Source of the DNA: Hypanus sabinus
Taxonomy: Eukaryota
Assembly (NCBI RefSeq): GCF_030144855.1
Contig: NC_082710.1
Coordinates: forward strand, 153,264,001-153,328,000
Direction of reading: 5' to 3'
Length of the DNA stretch: 64,000 nucleotides
Shown: positions 24,200 through 37,069 of the stretch, piece after piece
Numbering within the stretch: the first letter of the stretch is position 1
Layout of the letters: every line of letters begins with the position of its first letter
Made by a program: the position numbers and the translations under genes
Notes under the pieces: generated by a model
What the model was told of the DNA's origin: nothing
Database searches by the model: none
What the model saw: only the letters and a program-made list of their open reading frames with translations

Positions 24200-25640
24200 G
24201 GTTATCTTGACTGTACTTCTTCCCACCCAAAGGAGTTTGTGTGTTCTCCCCATGAATGCATGGGTTTCCTCCCACAGTCCAAGGACATACCGGATTGCAG
24301 GTTAATTGGTCATTGTAAATTGTCCCGTGATCAGGCTAGGATTAAATTTGTGGATTGCTAGGTGGCATGACTCGAAGGGCATATGCTGCACTGTATTTCA
24401 AAAAATAAAAACTGAGTGGATAGAAAGATTGCTAGACAGATAAATAAATAAACAAACAAATTGCTTTTCCCTTTTCTCAGTTCATTCATCTCCATCCTGT
24501 TCTCAGGATGCGGTTTTGCTTTCCAGGACATCAGAGGTGTCGTCCTCCTTCAAAAAAATGGGGTTTCCCTTCCTCTGCTATTGATGCTGCCCTCACCTGC
24601 AATTCCCCCATTTCCTGAACATCTGTTCTCACCCCATCTTCCGACTGCCTTTACAGTGCTAGTTTCTCCTGTCCTTACCTACTACCCACCTGTAAGCCTC
24701 CACATCTAACACATATCTTTACCCCTCCCCACACTTTCTTCACTTCCTGCAAGGATTCCCCTGTCCATTTGTCCCTCCCCACTAATCTTCCTCCCGACAC
24801 TTAACCCTGCCAGCGGCCAAAGTGCTACACCTGCCCATTCACCTCCTCCCTCACCTCCATTCAGGGCCCCATACAATCCTTCTAGGTGGGTTGTCTACAT
24901 TGATGAGACCTGTCGTAAACTGGGGGATAGCTTTGAGCACCATTGCTCCACCCACCAAAGGCAGAACTTCCCAGGAGCTAAACACTTGAATTCGGATACC
25001 CGTCTCTGTTCTGACACGCTGGTCCAAGGCCTCCTCTTGCGGCAATATGCGGCCACCCTCAGGAGAAGCAATACTTGCATTCTGACTGCAATAAATATTG
25101 ATTTCTCCTTCTGGTAAAAATATTTTTTTCTCTCTCTACCATCTCTTCTATTTCCCACTCAGGTCTCTTAACTCTTCTCAAATGCTTATCACCTCCCCCG
25201 GGTCCTCTCCTCCTTCCCTTTCTCCTATGGTCCACTCTCCTCTCCTATCAGAGTACTTCCTCTTCTGCACTTTTCCTTTCCCATGCACCTGGCTTGACAT
25301 ATCAACTTCTAGCTATCCTCCTTCCCCTCCCCCACTTGTTTATTCTAGTGTTTTCCCACATCCTTTTCAGTCCTGAAGAAGGGTCTCAGCCCAAAACATC
25401 AACTGTTCATTCATTTCCATAGAGACTGTCTGATCTCCTGAGTTTCTCTAGCATTTTGTCTGTGTTGCGGGAAGAACTCACTGGATGAGGCAGCATCTGT
25501 GGAGGGAGATAGTCCAGGTAGTTGATGTTTCAGGTCAAAACTATCTGTCCATTTCCCTCCACAGACACCGCCTAACCTGCTGAGTTCTTTCAGTTGTTTT
25601 TTGTTGTTCACATACAACCACCTGCAGTCTCTAGTGCAAG
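24200..25640 (+). mobile_element. Penelope-like element: RT C-terminus and GIY-YIG remnant plus terminal repeats
   Basis: YLDCTSSHP, VLTYYP, CYTCPFTSSLTSIQGP, YIDETCRKLGDSFEH remnants; hammerhead-like core at 25365-25403. Confidence 0.75.
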
Positions 25641-26279
25641 GACTCGAGGGCCTGAGTTGTAGGGAACATTCAGCAGTCCAGGACTTTAATCCTTGATGTA
25701 TAAGAGATTGAGGGGTGACCTTAGGGAGAGGTATAAAATCGTGAGGAGTACACACACAATCTTCTTTCCAAAGGAAGTAATAAAATAGAGAGAGGTGAGC
25801 AATTTTAAAGAGATCTGCAAGGTAATAGAGGGTGGTGTGTTATAGACTAAGTTATATGAGGAAGTGTTTGAGGCAGGTAAAATAAACTTAAAAGGACACC
25901 TGAACGGGTACAGGGATAGGAACGGTTTAGCACAGTGTCTGCGTAAAACAAGATAGCGAATTAAGCTAATTCTCTTCTGATTCCAACTGATCCATATTCC
26001 TCTACTCCTGGATATTCTTGTTTTTATCTAACAGTTTTTTAAAGTGCAGTTACTGAAACTGAGTTCACCACTATCTCTAGCAGCTTGTTCCAAGAACCTA
26101 CCATGCTCTGTATGAAAAATCATGTCCTTTAAAGTTTCGCACTTTAAATCCATGCCTTCTATGACTTAAGATTTCTTCTCTAAGGAAGTGATTCCTACTT
26201 TCTACCTATCATAGTTTTATAAACTACAAGGTCTCCCAGGCTCTGCTGCTCCAGAAAATACAACCCAAGGTTATCAAAG

Positions 26280-27050
26280 TTCAAAGTAAATTTATTATTA
26301 AAGTACATATATGTCACCCTGTACAACCCTGAGATTCAGTTTCTTCTAGGCATACTCAACAACTCTATAGAACCATAACAGAATCAATGAAGTATCTATG
26401 GAAATGAATCAACAGTTGATGTTTCGGGCCGAGCCCCTTCTTCAGGACTGAAAAGGGAGGGGGAAAACACTAGAATAAACGGGGGGGGGGGGTGAGGGAA
26501 AGGATAGCTAGAAGGTGATAGGTTAAACCATGTGTGTTAGAAAGGTAAAGTGCAGGAGAGGAAGGAATCTGATAGAGGGTGGACCATAGGAGAAAGGGAA
26601 GGAGGAGGGGACCCAGGGGGAGGTGATAGGAAAATGAGAAGAGGCATTCAACCTATGTGCAAATGACAACAAACTGTGCAAATACAAAAGGATAGAAATA
26701 ATAATATTTATTAATAAATAAATATCGAGAACATAACATGGAGAGTCCATTGGTTGGGAACATTTCAATGATGGAGCGAGTGAAGTTATCCCCTTTGGTT
26801 CAAGAGCGTGATGGTTGAGGGGTAGAAACTCTTCCTGAACCTGGTTGTGTGAGTCCTGAGTCTCCTGACCTCCTTCCTGATGGCAGCAGCAAAAAGAGAT
26901 CATGTCCTGCGTGATGGGAGTCCCCGATGATGGATGCTGGTCTCTTGCGTCAGTGTTTCATGTAGATGTGCTCAACGGTGGGGAAGCCTTTACTGGTAAT
27001 GAGCTGGTCCATATCCACCACTATCTGCAGCATTTTCCATCCAGCCTCTC
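26280..27050 (-). mobile_element. Rex1/Babar-type LINE 3' fragment with an embedded Penelope-derived piece (about 26390-26640)
   Basis: Tail aaagttcaaagtaaatttatt; ORF 26523-26903 remnant; hammerhead-like motif at 26413-26450. Confidence 0.65.
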
Positions 27051-28155
27051 CTTATGACTCATCGCTCTAATCCAGGCAGTACCTGGTGGACATCTTCTGC
27101 ACCCTTCCCAAAGCCCTACATTCTTCCTATAATGGAGTGACTAGAATTTCCCCATTAGAAGAAGGATGTGGACCCTTTGAGTGATATAGGGGAACATAAG
27201 CCAAACACTAGCAAATGGCAACAAAAGAGACTGCAGATGCTGTAATTTAGAACAACAAACAAAACACTGGTGGAACTCAGTGGGTCAGAGAGTATCTGAG
27301 GAGGGGAATGGATTGTAAAAGTTTCAGGTTGAGATCCCTCAACTGGTCTGGAAGAGGAAGGGAGGCAATCAGTATTGAAAGGCAGAGGGAAGGGGTGGAG
27401 CAAGAGTTGGCAGGTGAGGGGAGGGAAGTGACAGGGAAATGGGAAAAGGAAAAGCAGAAATAGAATGGCATTAATGACTAGGAGTCAATGGGTGGAAGTG
27501 ATGACGAGGTGAAGTTTTGGAACCTGACAGGAGTGGAAAGTGGTGCATGAAATAGGCATGTGTGGGTGATGGGTAGATGGAGAGGATGAGGAAAGGAAAG
27601 AGAACGAGTGATGGAGAGGGGCATGTGGATCAGGAGGAGCAGCGAAAGAGACAGAGTCCTGCTGAAGGATCTTGGCCCAAAATGTCGACTGTCCTTTTTT
27701 CCAAAGGGGCTGCCTGGCCTGCATTTTGTATACATTGAAGGGACAGAGGGGGACCAATTAAGGAAACTTGAGAATTCAGTATTCAGTATGCAGATGAGGG
27801 GACTTGACCTGAAACACCAACTGTCCATTCCCTCCACAGAGTTATGCTAGCAGTGTCTGTTGCTCCAGATTCCAGCATCTGCAATCTTTTGTGTCTCAAT
27901 GCCTACACGCTGAGGTGATATCTCTTTGGAGATGTGACTACCTTAGGTGAGTTTCTAGTTCAAGATGAGCCAAGCACATCAAAGCTCTCCATTCCATACT
28001 GTATTGCACCAGCAGTAAATGAATGATTTTTTGTTGTCGTTTACAGACTGCATTGGGGGATGGAGAGTCGCTGGGAGTGGACTGCCATCGATGAACGCCA
28101 GGGCTCCCGGTGAGGACGCCGCTCGGTTTCTCAGAGCAGTTGCCCGGTGGCTGCA

Positions 28156-29232
28156 ATGTCACGCCATATGCCGACGGGAAAGAAACCATACGAGTGTGAG
28201 CTGTGCGGCTGGACCTTTGGCCAGCCCTCCGACCTGGTTGCCCACCTGCGGATGCACACGGGCGAGAGGCCGTTCCGGTGCGAAGTGTGCGGCGAGAGTT
28301 TCAGCCACTCCTCCAGCCTGGTGAAGCACCGTCATGTCCACACTGGCGAGCGGCTCTTCCAGTGCAAGGTGTGTGAGCAGGCGTTCGCGCAGGCCACCGC
28401 CCTCCTGCAGCACTGGCGCCTGCACACGGGCGAGAAGCCCTTCCGGTGCAGGACGTGCCGCAGCAGCTTCGCCAAGCAGTCCCAGTTAGTGGTGCACCGG
28501 CGCAGTCACGTCAGCGGCCGGGGCTTCAAGTGCGAGGCGTGTGGCAAAGCATTCACGGCGCCGGCCCGGCTGGCTGAGCACAAGTGCGCCCCCAAGAACG
28601 GGCGGCTTTTCCGCTGCGAGACCTGCGGCAAGGACTTCTGCAGCGCCGCCTACCTGGTGGTGCACCAGCGCCTCCATACCGGCGAGAGGCCCTTCCGCTG
28701 CGAGGTCTGCAGCAAAGCCTTCGGCAGCCTCTCCTACCTACGCATTCACCGACGCGGCCACGCCCAGGAGAAGCCCTTCCACTGCGACGCCTGTGGCAAG
28801 GTGTTCTGCAACCTCTCCTACCTCCGCATCCACCAGCGCAGCCACACGGGCGAGAGGCCCTTCCGCTGCGAGACCTGTGACCGGGACTTCTGCAGCGCGT
28901 CATACTTGGTGATCCACCGGCGTATCCACACGGGGGAGAGGCCGTTCCGCTGCGATGCCTGTGATAAGGCCTTCCTCAGCTCGTCCTACTTCCTCAAGCA
29001 CCAGTGCGTCCCGACGGGGGACAAGCCCCTGAAGTGTGAGTTCTGCAACAGGGGCTTCACGCAGCTGGCAGACCTCCTCAAGCACCAGCGCACCCACACT
29101 GGGGAGAGGCGCTTCCAGTGCGACTTCTGCCAGCGCTGCTTCACCTATTCCTCCTCCCTGGAGATACACAGGCACACCCACTCCGGGGAGAAACCTCCCA
29201 CCCTCCCTTCAGGCAAGCCCAAGAATACCTGA
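28156..29232 (+). CDS. C2H2 zinc-finger protein, 12 tandem fingers with TGE(R/K)P-type linkers (ZNF exon; ortholog unknown)
   Basis: Uninterrupted 361-aa ORF (track start GTG 28147, first ATG 28156); 10 C-x2-C-x12-H-x3-H fingers plus 2 ending H-x-C; strong acceptor ttttttgttgtcgtttacag at 28046; no KRAB, BTB or SCAN domain in this exon. Confidence 0.93.
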   Translation: MSRHMPTGKKPYECELCGWTFGQPSDLVAHLRMHTGERPFRCEVCGESFSHSSSLVKHRHVHTGERLFQCKVCEQAFAQATALLQHWRLHTGEKPFRCRTCRSSFAKQSQLVVHRRSHVSGRGFKCEACGKAFTAPARLAEHKCAPKNGRLFRCETCGKDFCSAAYLVVHQRLHTGERPFRCEVCSKAFGSLSYLRIHRRGHAQEKPFHCDACGKVFCNLSYLRIHQRSHTGERPFRCETCDRDFCSASYLVIHRRIHTGERPFRCDACDKAFLSSSYFLKHQCVPTGDKPLKCEFCNRGFTQLADLLKHQRTHTGERRFQCDFCQRCFTYSSSLEIHRHTHSGEKPPTLPSGKPKNT

Positions 29233-32200
29233 GGGCGGCGATTATGAGAAAAGCTTGGCCCAAAGAGCCAAATCAACGCCACTTTCCAGAGGGTATTGGA
29301 AATGCTCTTTGAGAAGGGAAGGCCTGTAGATCTCCAGAGAAGGAGAAGGAAAAGAGTTAGTTGATTAACTCAAAAGAGCAGCCACAGGGAAGGTTGAATG
29401 CTGAAAAGATTTTGGATGGGTACCTGCCAAACTGTACTGATAATGCTCTGTCATAATATATCAGTAGGTCCACACTCAAGAGGATGGTTCTGGAAAGAAT
29501 TCTCAGCCACAGTGTGGATGTCACCTGTCACCTTAATCATGTATATTCTTGGGGGAATGAGGGTAAAACTGGGGGTACATCTAGAATACATACCATAAGC
29601 AGGTGAAAACTCTCGGAGTTATGTTCCCCCCATTTACCTCACTTTAATAAGGATGTTGTATTCCAGGAACTCCACATCCTAACTGATGGAAGATTTTCCC
29701 ATGAAATGTCCACTTTTAAAAGTTGGTCCAAAAGCAAATAGTACAGCTGCTGCAAAACTGAAGTTATAATGGTGACATGGAACAAGTCTCACGGTATCCA
29801 TTGGATAGAGATACAGGGTTAACACATCTGGCTTTCATCTAAGTCGATGATATCTTGCTTTACATTTATTTGGTCAGTGGAATTGTAGCTACCATATCAG
29901 TCCGGCCATTTGAATGACACCATTATAGTGTACATATATTCTCAGTGGGAAATGATTGCTGATTGGAGAATTAACAAACTTTTTGCTGGAAGCGGTTTTC
30001 TTTTGGCGTCTTTGATGGCCCACCCATTTTTCCTTCAGTTGTGGCAAACACAAATATGTTGCTATCATTAGACAGGGCCTTTGGTCTCTGGAAGTTTTCT
30101 GCACTGAGATGCATGAGATTAGCAAGTGAAGGTACAAGAGGAACTCAACCCTTCCCATAATTTTTAAAAACCAAATGAATGGAGTGTTTAGGCACAGCAC
30201 AGCACACACACACCCCACAGCACTAGGGAAGAGGTCTCACCCCTGTTCAAATCTGCTGTCGAGAGTCATGCAAAAGAGGAGAGTTCAGTACTAAACACAG
30301 GTAGGTGTACATACTCTATCATAAGAACATCTATTGAGAAACTTGAGTTTAACTCAGAATACATTTTGCCCAACTAATGTTCAATGTAGTGTAATGTTTC
30401 CTAGGAGTCTAAAGACATGTGTTGTCACCTGGTAGATGTTCCCTGTGAATTTTGCATTGTTTGGGTTTTGGAAAATTCTCTAAATATTAATGTTGGTAAT
30501 ATTGTGTGCTGTTTTCTTGCTTACATGTTTTCTACATGCATTTATACTGTGCAGTAAATTTGATATTTGTCTTCATCCAGACTGTCTGGCTTGTGAAGAT
30601 TTCTTTTCCCACCTTTTCACAATGGAGGCATACACAAGCTGCTGCTGTAACGTAGTTGGTGGCTCCCCACTGCGTTCCCAGGATGGGCACTAAATGCCGA
30701 ACCCTTCAGTGATACCCACGCTCCGAAAGGAAAGTAAGCAGGGTAATCCCCACAGAGCAGCACAGCAGCTCAGCTTGTAGAGTTGGGTTCAATCCCAACT
30801 CCAGCACCATCAATGCACCTTCTCCCTGTTTCCTCTGGGTGCTTCGATTTCCTTCCACATCCCAAAGACATGCATACTGATGAGTTAGTTGGCCACTGTA
30901 AATTTCTCCCAGAGTGTGGGTCAGTGGTAGGACTTGGGGGTGGGGATTGATGGGAATGTAGGGAGAATATAAGAATGGAATTAGTTTAGCAACCGTGTGG
31001 TGGAGGAGATTAGAAGGTCAGGCAGTATCTATGAATGGAAATGAATAGTTGATGCTTTGGGCCTAGATCACTCAGGGGATTGGAAAGGAAGGGGACAGAG
31101 CCAGAGAAAGCAAGTGGGAGGAGGACAAACTGGCAAGTGATAGGTGAGTCCATGTGAGAAGGCGGTGATGGGGGGGGGGGGGGGGAGTGATGAAAGACAA
31201 TGCCATGAGAAGCTCAGATGATTGATGAAGAGGTAAAGGGCTGAAGAAGAAGCAGCCCAATAGGAGAGAACATTGCACTAAGACTAAAGGGAAGGGTGGG
31301 CAATGGAAGGAGAAGGGGTGAAATGCAATAGAATTGGGTAAAATTGGCTAAAACAGATGGGATTGCTTATGGTGGATGCTGCTTAACATGCTGAGTTCCT
31401 CTAGAATTTCGAGTGTGTTGCTGAAGATTTCCAGGATCTACAGTATCTCCTGTGTCCCTGGGATTAGTGCAACTAGGTGTTGTGGTTGGCATGGATTTAA
31501 AGAGCCTCTTTCTGTCCTGCATCGCTCTCTGTACAATGGTACAGGTCAGAGTACAGCACAACTGTATGCTTTCTCTGAGTTTTTTCCTCCCCTTTGCAAT
31601 GTTCCTGCACACCTTACTTGCCCTCTTCCTACACAATCCCTGGGGATGGATGGTGACTTGATTCCACTGCAATTTTGTGGGATCTGCAGTTAGCGATGTG
31701 GAACACGTGGACTCTTCCACTGATAAGATAAGATAAAACTTTACTTACCCCAGAGAAAATTATTGTTGCAAGTTTGCTCAGCCAGAAATATATACTTTGA
31801 AATACATTGAGTTATGGAAAAAATACAAAATGTGCATTAAAATATAATAGTGTAAAATACTATTACACTATGAAACCATATACAGTACTTATATACTTGG
31901 AAGAAGGAGCTGTGGAGTCTTATAGCCACAGGAAGAAAGGATCCCCTGTGGCATTCAGTGGGGCACCTTGGTGGACTGATGCCTGTAGTCGTTGGGAGGT
32001 GGATTCAGGGATTTGGGAAGTAGTCCATCTTCTTCAGGGTTTGTCTTTATTTTCTTGTACAATGGGGCAGTCTGTACAGTCCTGATGAAGAGTCTCACCC
32101 CAAAGTATTGACTATTCATTTCTCTCCACAGATGCTCTCTGACGTGCTGGGTTCACCCAGCACTTTGTGTGTGTTACTGTAAGTATTGAATGTCAGCCCC

Positions 32201-32461
32201 TTCTTCCCTTATGCTTTGGTGAGCAAGTTGATAATGGCTTCAAGCTTGGCTTTGTCTGTATAAGTGCAGCCTAAGTACTGGGGGTCAGCCAACCAACTTG
32301 CTATAGTGTAATCACCACAGTTTGAATGGATTTCCATTGGTTCTGAAGCCTGGCTCTACTCCAGCGTGAAGGCTGTGTGAGGTGAGGAGAATTGGGAAGA
32401 GTGTAGGTGCTTGTTTGACACTGTTTCCTGTGCTTACGTTCTATTCTCTCTGCAATAAATT

Positions 32462-32881
32462 TGTCACTGTGGTTCGGATATGGCACAACCTCGGAATGAG
32501 GGACAGTGAAGCAGATTGATGGTTCACAGACTTCAATGCGAACAGTTTTAAAGACAGAGAAAACAATAAATGCTAGGCCAAACAGGGCCGTTAACTAAAA
32601 CTGTCAAATGGAAAACGAAACCGACACTGCAGGTGAAAAGAAAAACTAAGAATAAAACGAATACTGCCAGTCTTCAGAGTCAGTCAGCTCGAGAGTTTAA
32701 TTTCTCAGGCAAGTCGGAATGCAAGCAGGCAGCGAAGCGTTGCTGTGTCCAAGTCTCGACAAATACTGCGACGGAATGAATGGAGTTAAATACCATCACA
32801 ATGAAATGGTAATTAGCTAATATGCATATTCATGAGCGCAATTGCCAAATCTGCTGTGCTGCCAAATCCGTGATTGTGACA
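32462..32881 (-). mobile_element. Solo LTR, 420 bp
   Basis: TGTCAC...GTGACA inverted termini; 5-bp TSD AAATT/AAATC; minus-strand TATA-like tatttaa. Confidence 0.7.
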
Positions 32882-33029
32882 AAATCCCCCTCATCCATTT
32901 AACTTTCTAATTACTTACAGAATCTGTAACTGACATTCTCTAAATGAGCAGATTTTCCATTGTGTATAACCCAGGCTGCGAAACATGTCACACAACTTTC
33001 CTATTCGCAAAATTTTCATTATAGAACAT

Positions 33030-33880
33030 AGAAATTTACGAAATTTACATTACGAGCCTGTCGGCCCACAGTGTTGTGCCGACCATGTAACCAACTCTGG
33101 AAACTACTTAGAATTTTTCTACTGCATAGCCCTCTATTTTTCGAAGCTCCGTGTACCTATCTTAAGAGTCTCTTAAAAGACCCTATTGTATCAGCTTCTA
33201 CCATCTTCGCTGGCAGTGCATTCCAGACACCCACCACTCTCTGAGGGAAAAACTTACCTCTGACATCCTCCCTGTACCTACTTCCAAACACCTTAAAACT
33301 ATGCCCCAACGTGTTAGCCATTTCAACCCTGGGAAAAAGCCTCTGGCTATCAATACAATCAATGCCTCTCATCACAACTATTAGGTCACCTCTCATTCTC
33401 TGTTGCCCCAAGGATAAAAGGCCAAGTTCACTCATGCTAATCACATAAGGCATGCTCTCCAATCCAGGCAACATCCTTTGCCCTCTCTGTCTTGTATCAA
33501 CATCCTTCCTGTAGTGAGGTGACCAGAACTGAAAACAGGTGCGGTCTGACCAAGGTCTTGTATAGCTGTAATATTATCTCATGGCTCTTGAACTCAATCC
33601 CATGATTGATGAAGCCAACACACTATACGCCTTCTTAACAACACTGTCAACCAGCACAGCAGCTTTGATTGTCCTATGGACATGGACCCCCAGATCTCGC
33701 GGATCCTCCACATGCCAAGAGTCTTACCATTAATATATTATGTCTTCAAATTTGTCCTATGGAAATGAACCACTTCACACTTATCTATGTTGAACTCCAT
33801 TTGCAGCTTCTCAGCCCAGTTCTACATCCTGTCAATGTTGTGCTGTAACCTCTGACAACCTTCCAGACTATTTCCACTAT
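33030..33880 (-). mobile_element. CR1 LINE 3' fragment
   Basis: ORF 33157-33474 MLPGLESMPY..RMRGDLIV..FFPQRVVGVWNALP. Confidence 0.85.
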
Positions 33881-34169
33881 TTACAATTTCTGTAGCCATT
33901 TTTACCTCCACAACCTTCTCTGTACCAACAATCCTATGATATCTCTGTCGTCCTCCAGTTCCAGTCTTCATTTAATCCTCCACCAATGACAGAGCAAGAT
34001 AAGATTCCTGGCTCCCTGCTCTGTCTCATGCTTTAAAACACTTGGTTTTAGCAAATGTCTAAAACCAACCAAAACCATCCCCTTTCATCTGACTTTTTTA
34101 CCCATATTATTTTATAATAAACTTGCAAAATATCTAAAAAGTTTCAACAAAGCACTAAACGAGTCAATA

Positions 34170-36270
34170 AGTTTCAAGAACTTGGTTAGAGTACATCCTT
34201 GTGCAACTGGATGCCGGATTTCCTCGCTTGCAGACCATAGTCAGTTCAGATTGGCAACAACATTTCCTCCACAATCTCAGCACAGCTGCACTTCAAGGCT
34301 GTGTGCTTAGCCTCCTGCTCTGCTCACTTTATACAGATGACTGTGAGGCTAAGCACAACTCCAGTGCCATATTTAAGTTTGCCAACAACACCAGTATCAT
34401 TGGCCAAAAAAAGGTGGTGACAAATTAGTGTATAGGAAGGAGATTGAAAGTCTGGCTGAGTTATGGCATAAGAGCAACCTCTCACTCAATGTCAGCAAGA
34501 CCAAAGAGATGATTATTGGCTTCAGGAGGAGGAAATCGGAGGTCCAAGAGGTGGAGAGGGTTAGCAGCTTTAAATTCCTCCATGTTTTCATTTCAGGATC
34601 TGTCCTGGGTACAGCATGTAACTTCCATTACAAAGAAAGTACAGTAGTGTCTCTACTTTCTTAGAAGATTGCGGAGATTCAGCATGTTATCTAAAACTTC
34701 GGCCAACTTCTATAGGTGAGTAGTGAAGAGTATGTTTACTGATTGTATCATGGCCTGGAATGGAAACACTACTGCCCTTGAATGGAAAAGTCCACAAAGT
34801 GTAGTGGCTAAGGTCCAATCTATCATGGGTGAAACCCTTCAGACTAATGAGTACATCTAAACAGAACGGTGTTGCAGGAAAGTAGCATCCATCATTAAGG
34901 ACCCCTCCAATCCTGTCTGCTCTCTTTTCACTGCTGCTGCTGTCAGGAAGAGCATAGGGAACTGCAACACCAGGTTCAAGAACAGTTATTACCCCTCAAC
35001 CATCGGGCTCTAGGATCAGAAGGGACAACTTCTCTCGCCTCATCACTGAACTGTTTCCACTGCATTGGGCTCACTTTCAAGGACTTTTCATATTTATTGT
35101 GTTACGAAGGATGAACAACTCTAATGGCAGAAGGGTGCAAAGTCACCCATGCCCCCCCCCCCTTTTGGAGAATCGCAAATCGCTACTATTTCGATGCTGC
35201 TAACAAGGAAGGGCAGGGCAGGGCAGTTGTTATTGATAACAGATCATGAAAGTTAATGAGAGAGAGACACACACAGCTCAGAGATACACAACGTGGATCG
35301 GCTCCTACTAACAAAAGAAGAGCGGAACCATTGATTACTGCTATTGTCTTTTGGAGAAGGATTGTTTACTTGGTACTGTTCTATTCATTGAAACCCCTCA
35401 GGGGGCAACCAGAGTGGGCTGTTTGATGGGTTACGTTATCCCAACCTGATTGACACCTGAGACCCCGTGAGTGGGGATAAAAGTGAGGTCTGGGGTAACA
35501 CCCCTCAGACGCACCAGGAGTAACGCTAGTGAGCATCAGAACCCCCCGAGACACGGTGGGAGACTGGATACTGAACGAAGGGCCGGTAGATTTTAACTCA
35601 CAGTGTTTTGTAGCGAGGCCGGTGGGGGCTTGTGTGTGTGTCCACCCTTGCCTGGGTGACGAGTCCACCATAGAAGAACGGTCTAGCTAAAGGACAGAGG
35701 GGTCATACTTGAATGGCCACAACAACACATCGACAGATCAAGATCGTAAAGGAAGGTTTGACTGGCTGTCACTGTTTGATCTCTCTCTCTCTCTCTCTCT
35801 CTCCAACAATTGCAACACATCGACAAACAACTACCGCAGCCTGCATGAACTGAACTGAACTTTATATTTCCATCTGACAATTCATTATCCCCTAGACAAC
35901 GATAGAGCTGGTTTCATTAGTGATTATTATTATACCCGCACTTTTAAGTTTAGCATTGCTAACGTATATTCTCTGTATATTTGCATTGATATTATTTTGT
36001 ATATTTTTGCTAATAAATATTGTTGAAAATAGTATCACCAGACTCCAACGGACACTTCTATCTTTGCTGGTAAGACACCCAGTTACGGGGTTCGTTACAA
36101 TCGCTTTATTTATTTATTTATTTATCTATCTATCTATTTATTTCTTGATTTTATTGTGTTTCTTGAATTTTCTGTGATTGCCCACAAGAAAAGGAATCTC
36201 AGGGTTGTATATGGTGACATACAGTATATGTACTTTATTATAAATTTACTTTGAACTTTAATGTTTTATG
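34170..36270 (+). mobile_element. Rex1/Babar-type LINE 3' part interrupted by a solo LTR
   Basis: ORFs 34201-34428 and 34428-34664; the 3' UTR joins across 35100-36099; tail aaatttactttgaacttt. Confidence 0.8.
35100..36099 (+). mobile_element. Solo LTR, 1.0 kb
   Basis: TGTTACGAA...TTCGTTACA inverted termini; 4-bp TSD ATTG/ATCG; GATAAAA TATA-like motif near 35476; AATAAA near 36012; (CT)n at 35780-35803. Confidence 0.75.
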
Positions 36271-37069
36271 ATCATTGCAAAATTACTTATCTCATGACAT
36301 GCAGAGATTCAGACACATTCTACACCCGTTGTTAAGTTAATTGACTGCTGTGGATTGCTTCCTAGTGTATCAATCATTGGTAGAATCTTGGGGGGGCGGG
36401 TTGGAATTGATGGTATTGGATGGGTTACAGAGAAACAGAATTGTTCTGTTAGCTTCCTTATTACAAATTGGAAGGAAACTATATAGCTCATTGCTTTTTT
36501 ATGCCAGCTCCCAGTGAAAGAGTCCCAAAGTCCAATTCCTGATCTCCCTATACTTTATCCTACTCAATGTCCAACAATTTGCCTTTCATTCCTTTGGCTC
36601 TTCTCGACACTAAGAGGCAATTTGCAGGAACCGTTTTCAAATCTGCATGTTTTTGTGAAAAGAAACTGGAGCACTCTGGGGAGTGAACAACTCGGGATCA
36701 CAGCAATAACATGCAAACTATACATACAGACAGCACATGAAGTCAGTCTCGAACCTGGTCCTTGCTGAGTTGTATGATTGCTCCCAGACTCTCTGTGCAC
36801 ACTATACTCTGGAGGCACTGATCAATAATGAATGGCGATGATCAATAAACCCAAGACATTTTGCAGAAGCAGAAAATACAGAGAATAACACTCACAATGA
36901 TGAAGGACAATAAACAGGCAACGTTTCATGCCAAGACCCTTCATCAAGACTCATTGTAGATCAATGTCCATTTGGACACCACTCTCATGCATTCTGGGAA
37001 ATGAAGCTATGTGCACAGCAGAGTAGAAACACGAAGCCTCTTCACTGAGATGTAAAGAGAACTGATCTA

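Noticed and set aside
28159-29329. Alternative-frame and antisense ORFs over the ZNF exon
   Set aside because: Shadow ORFs expected from GC-rich codon usage of the real frame
31740-31800. Minus-strand exon with donor GGG|GTAAGT at 31748
   Set aside because: The sequence resembles the reverse complement of a LINE 3' tail next to (GATAA)n
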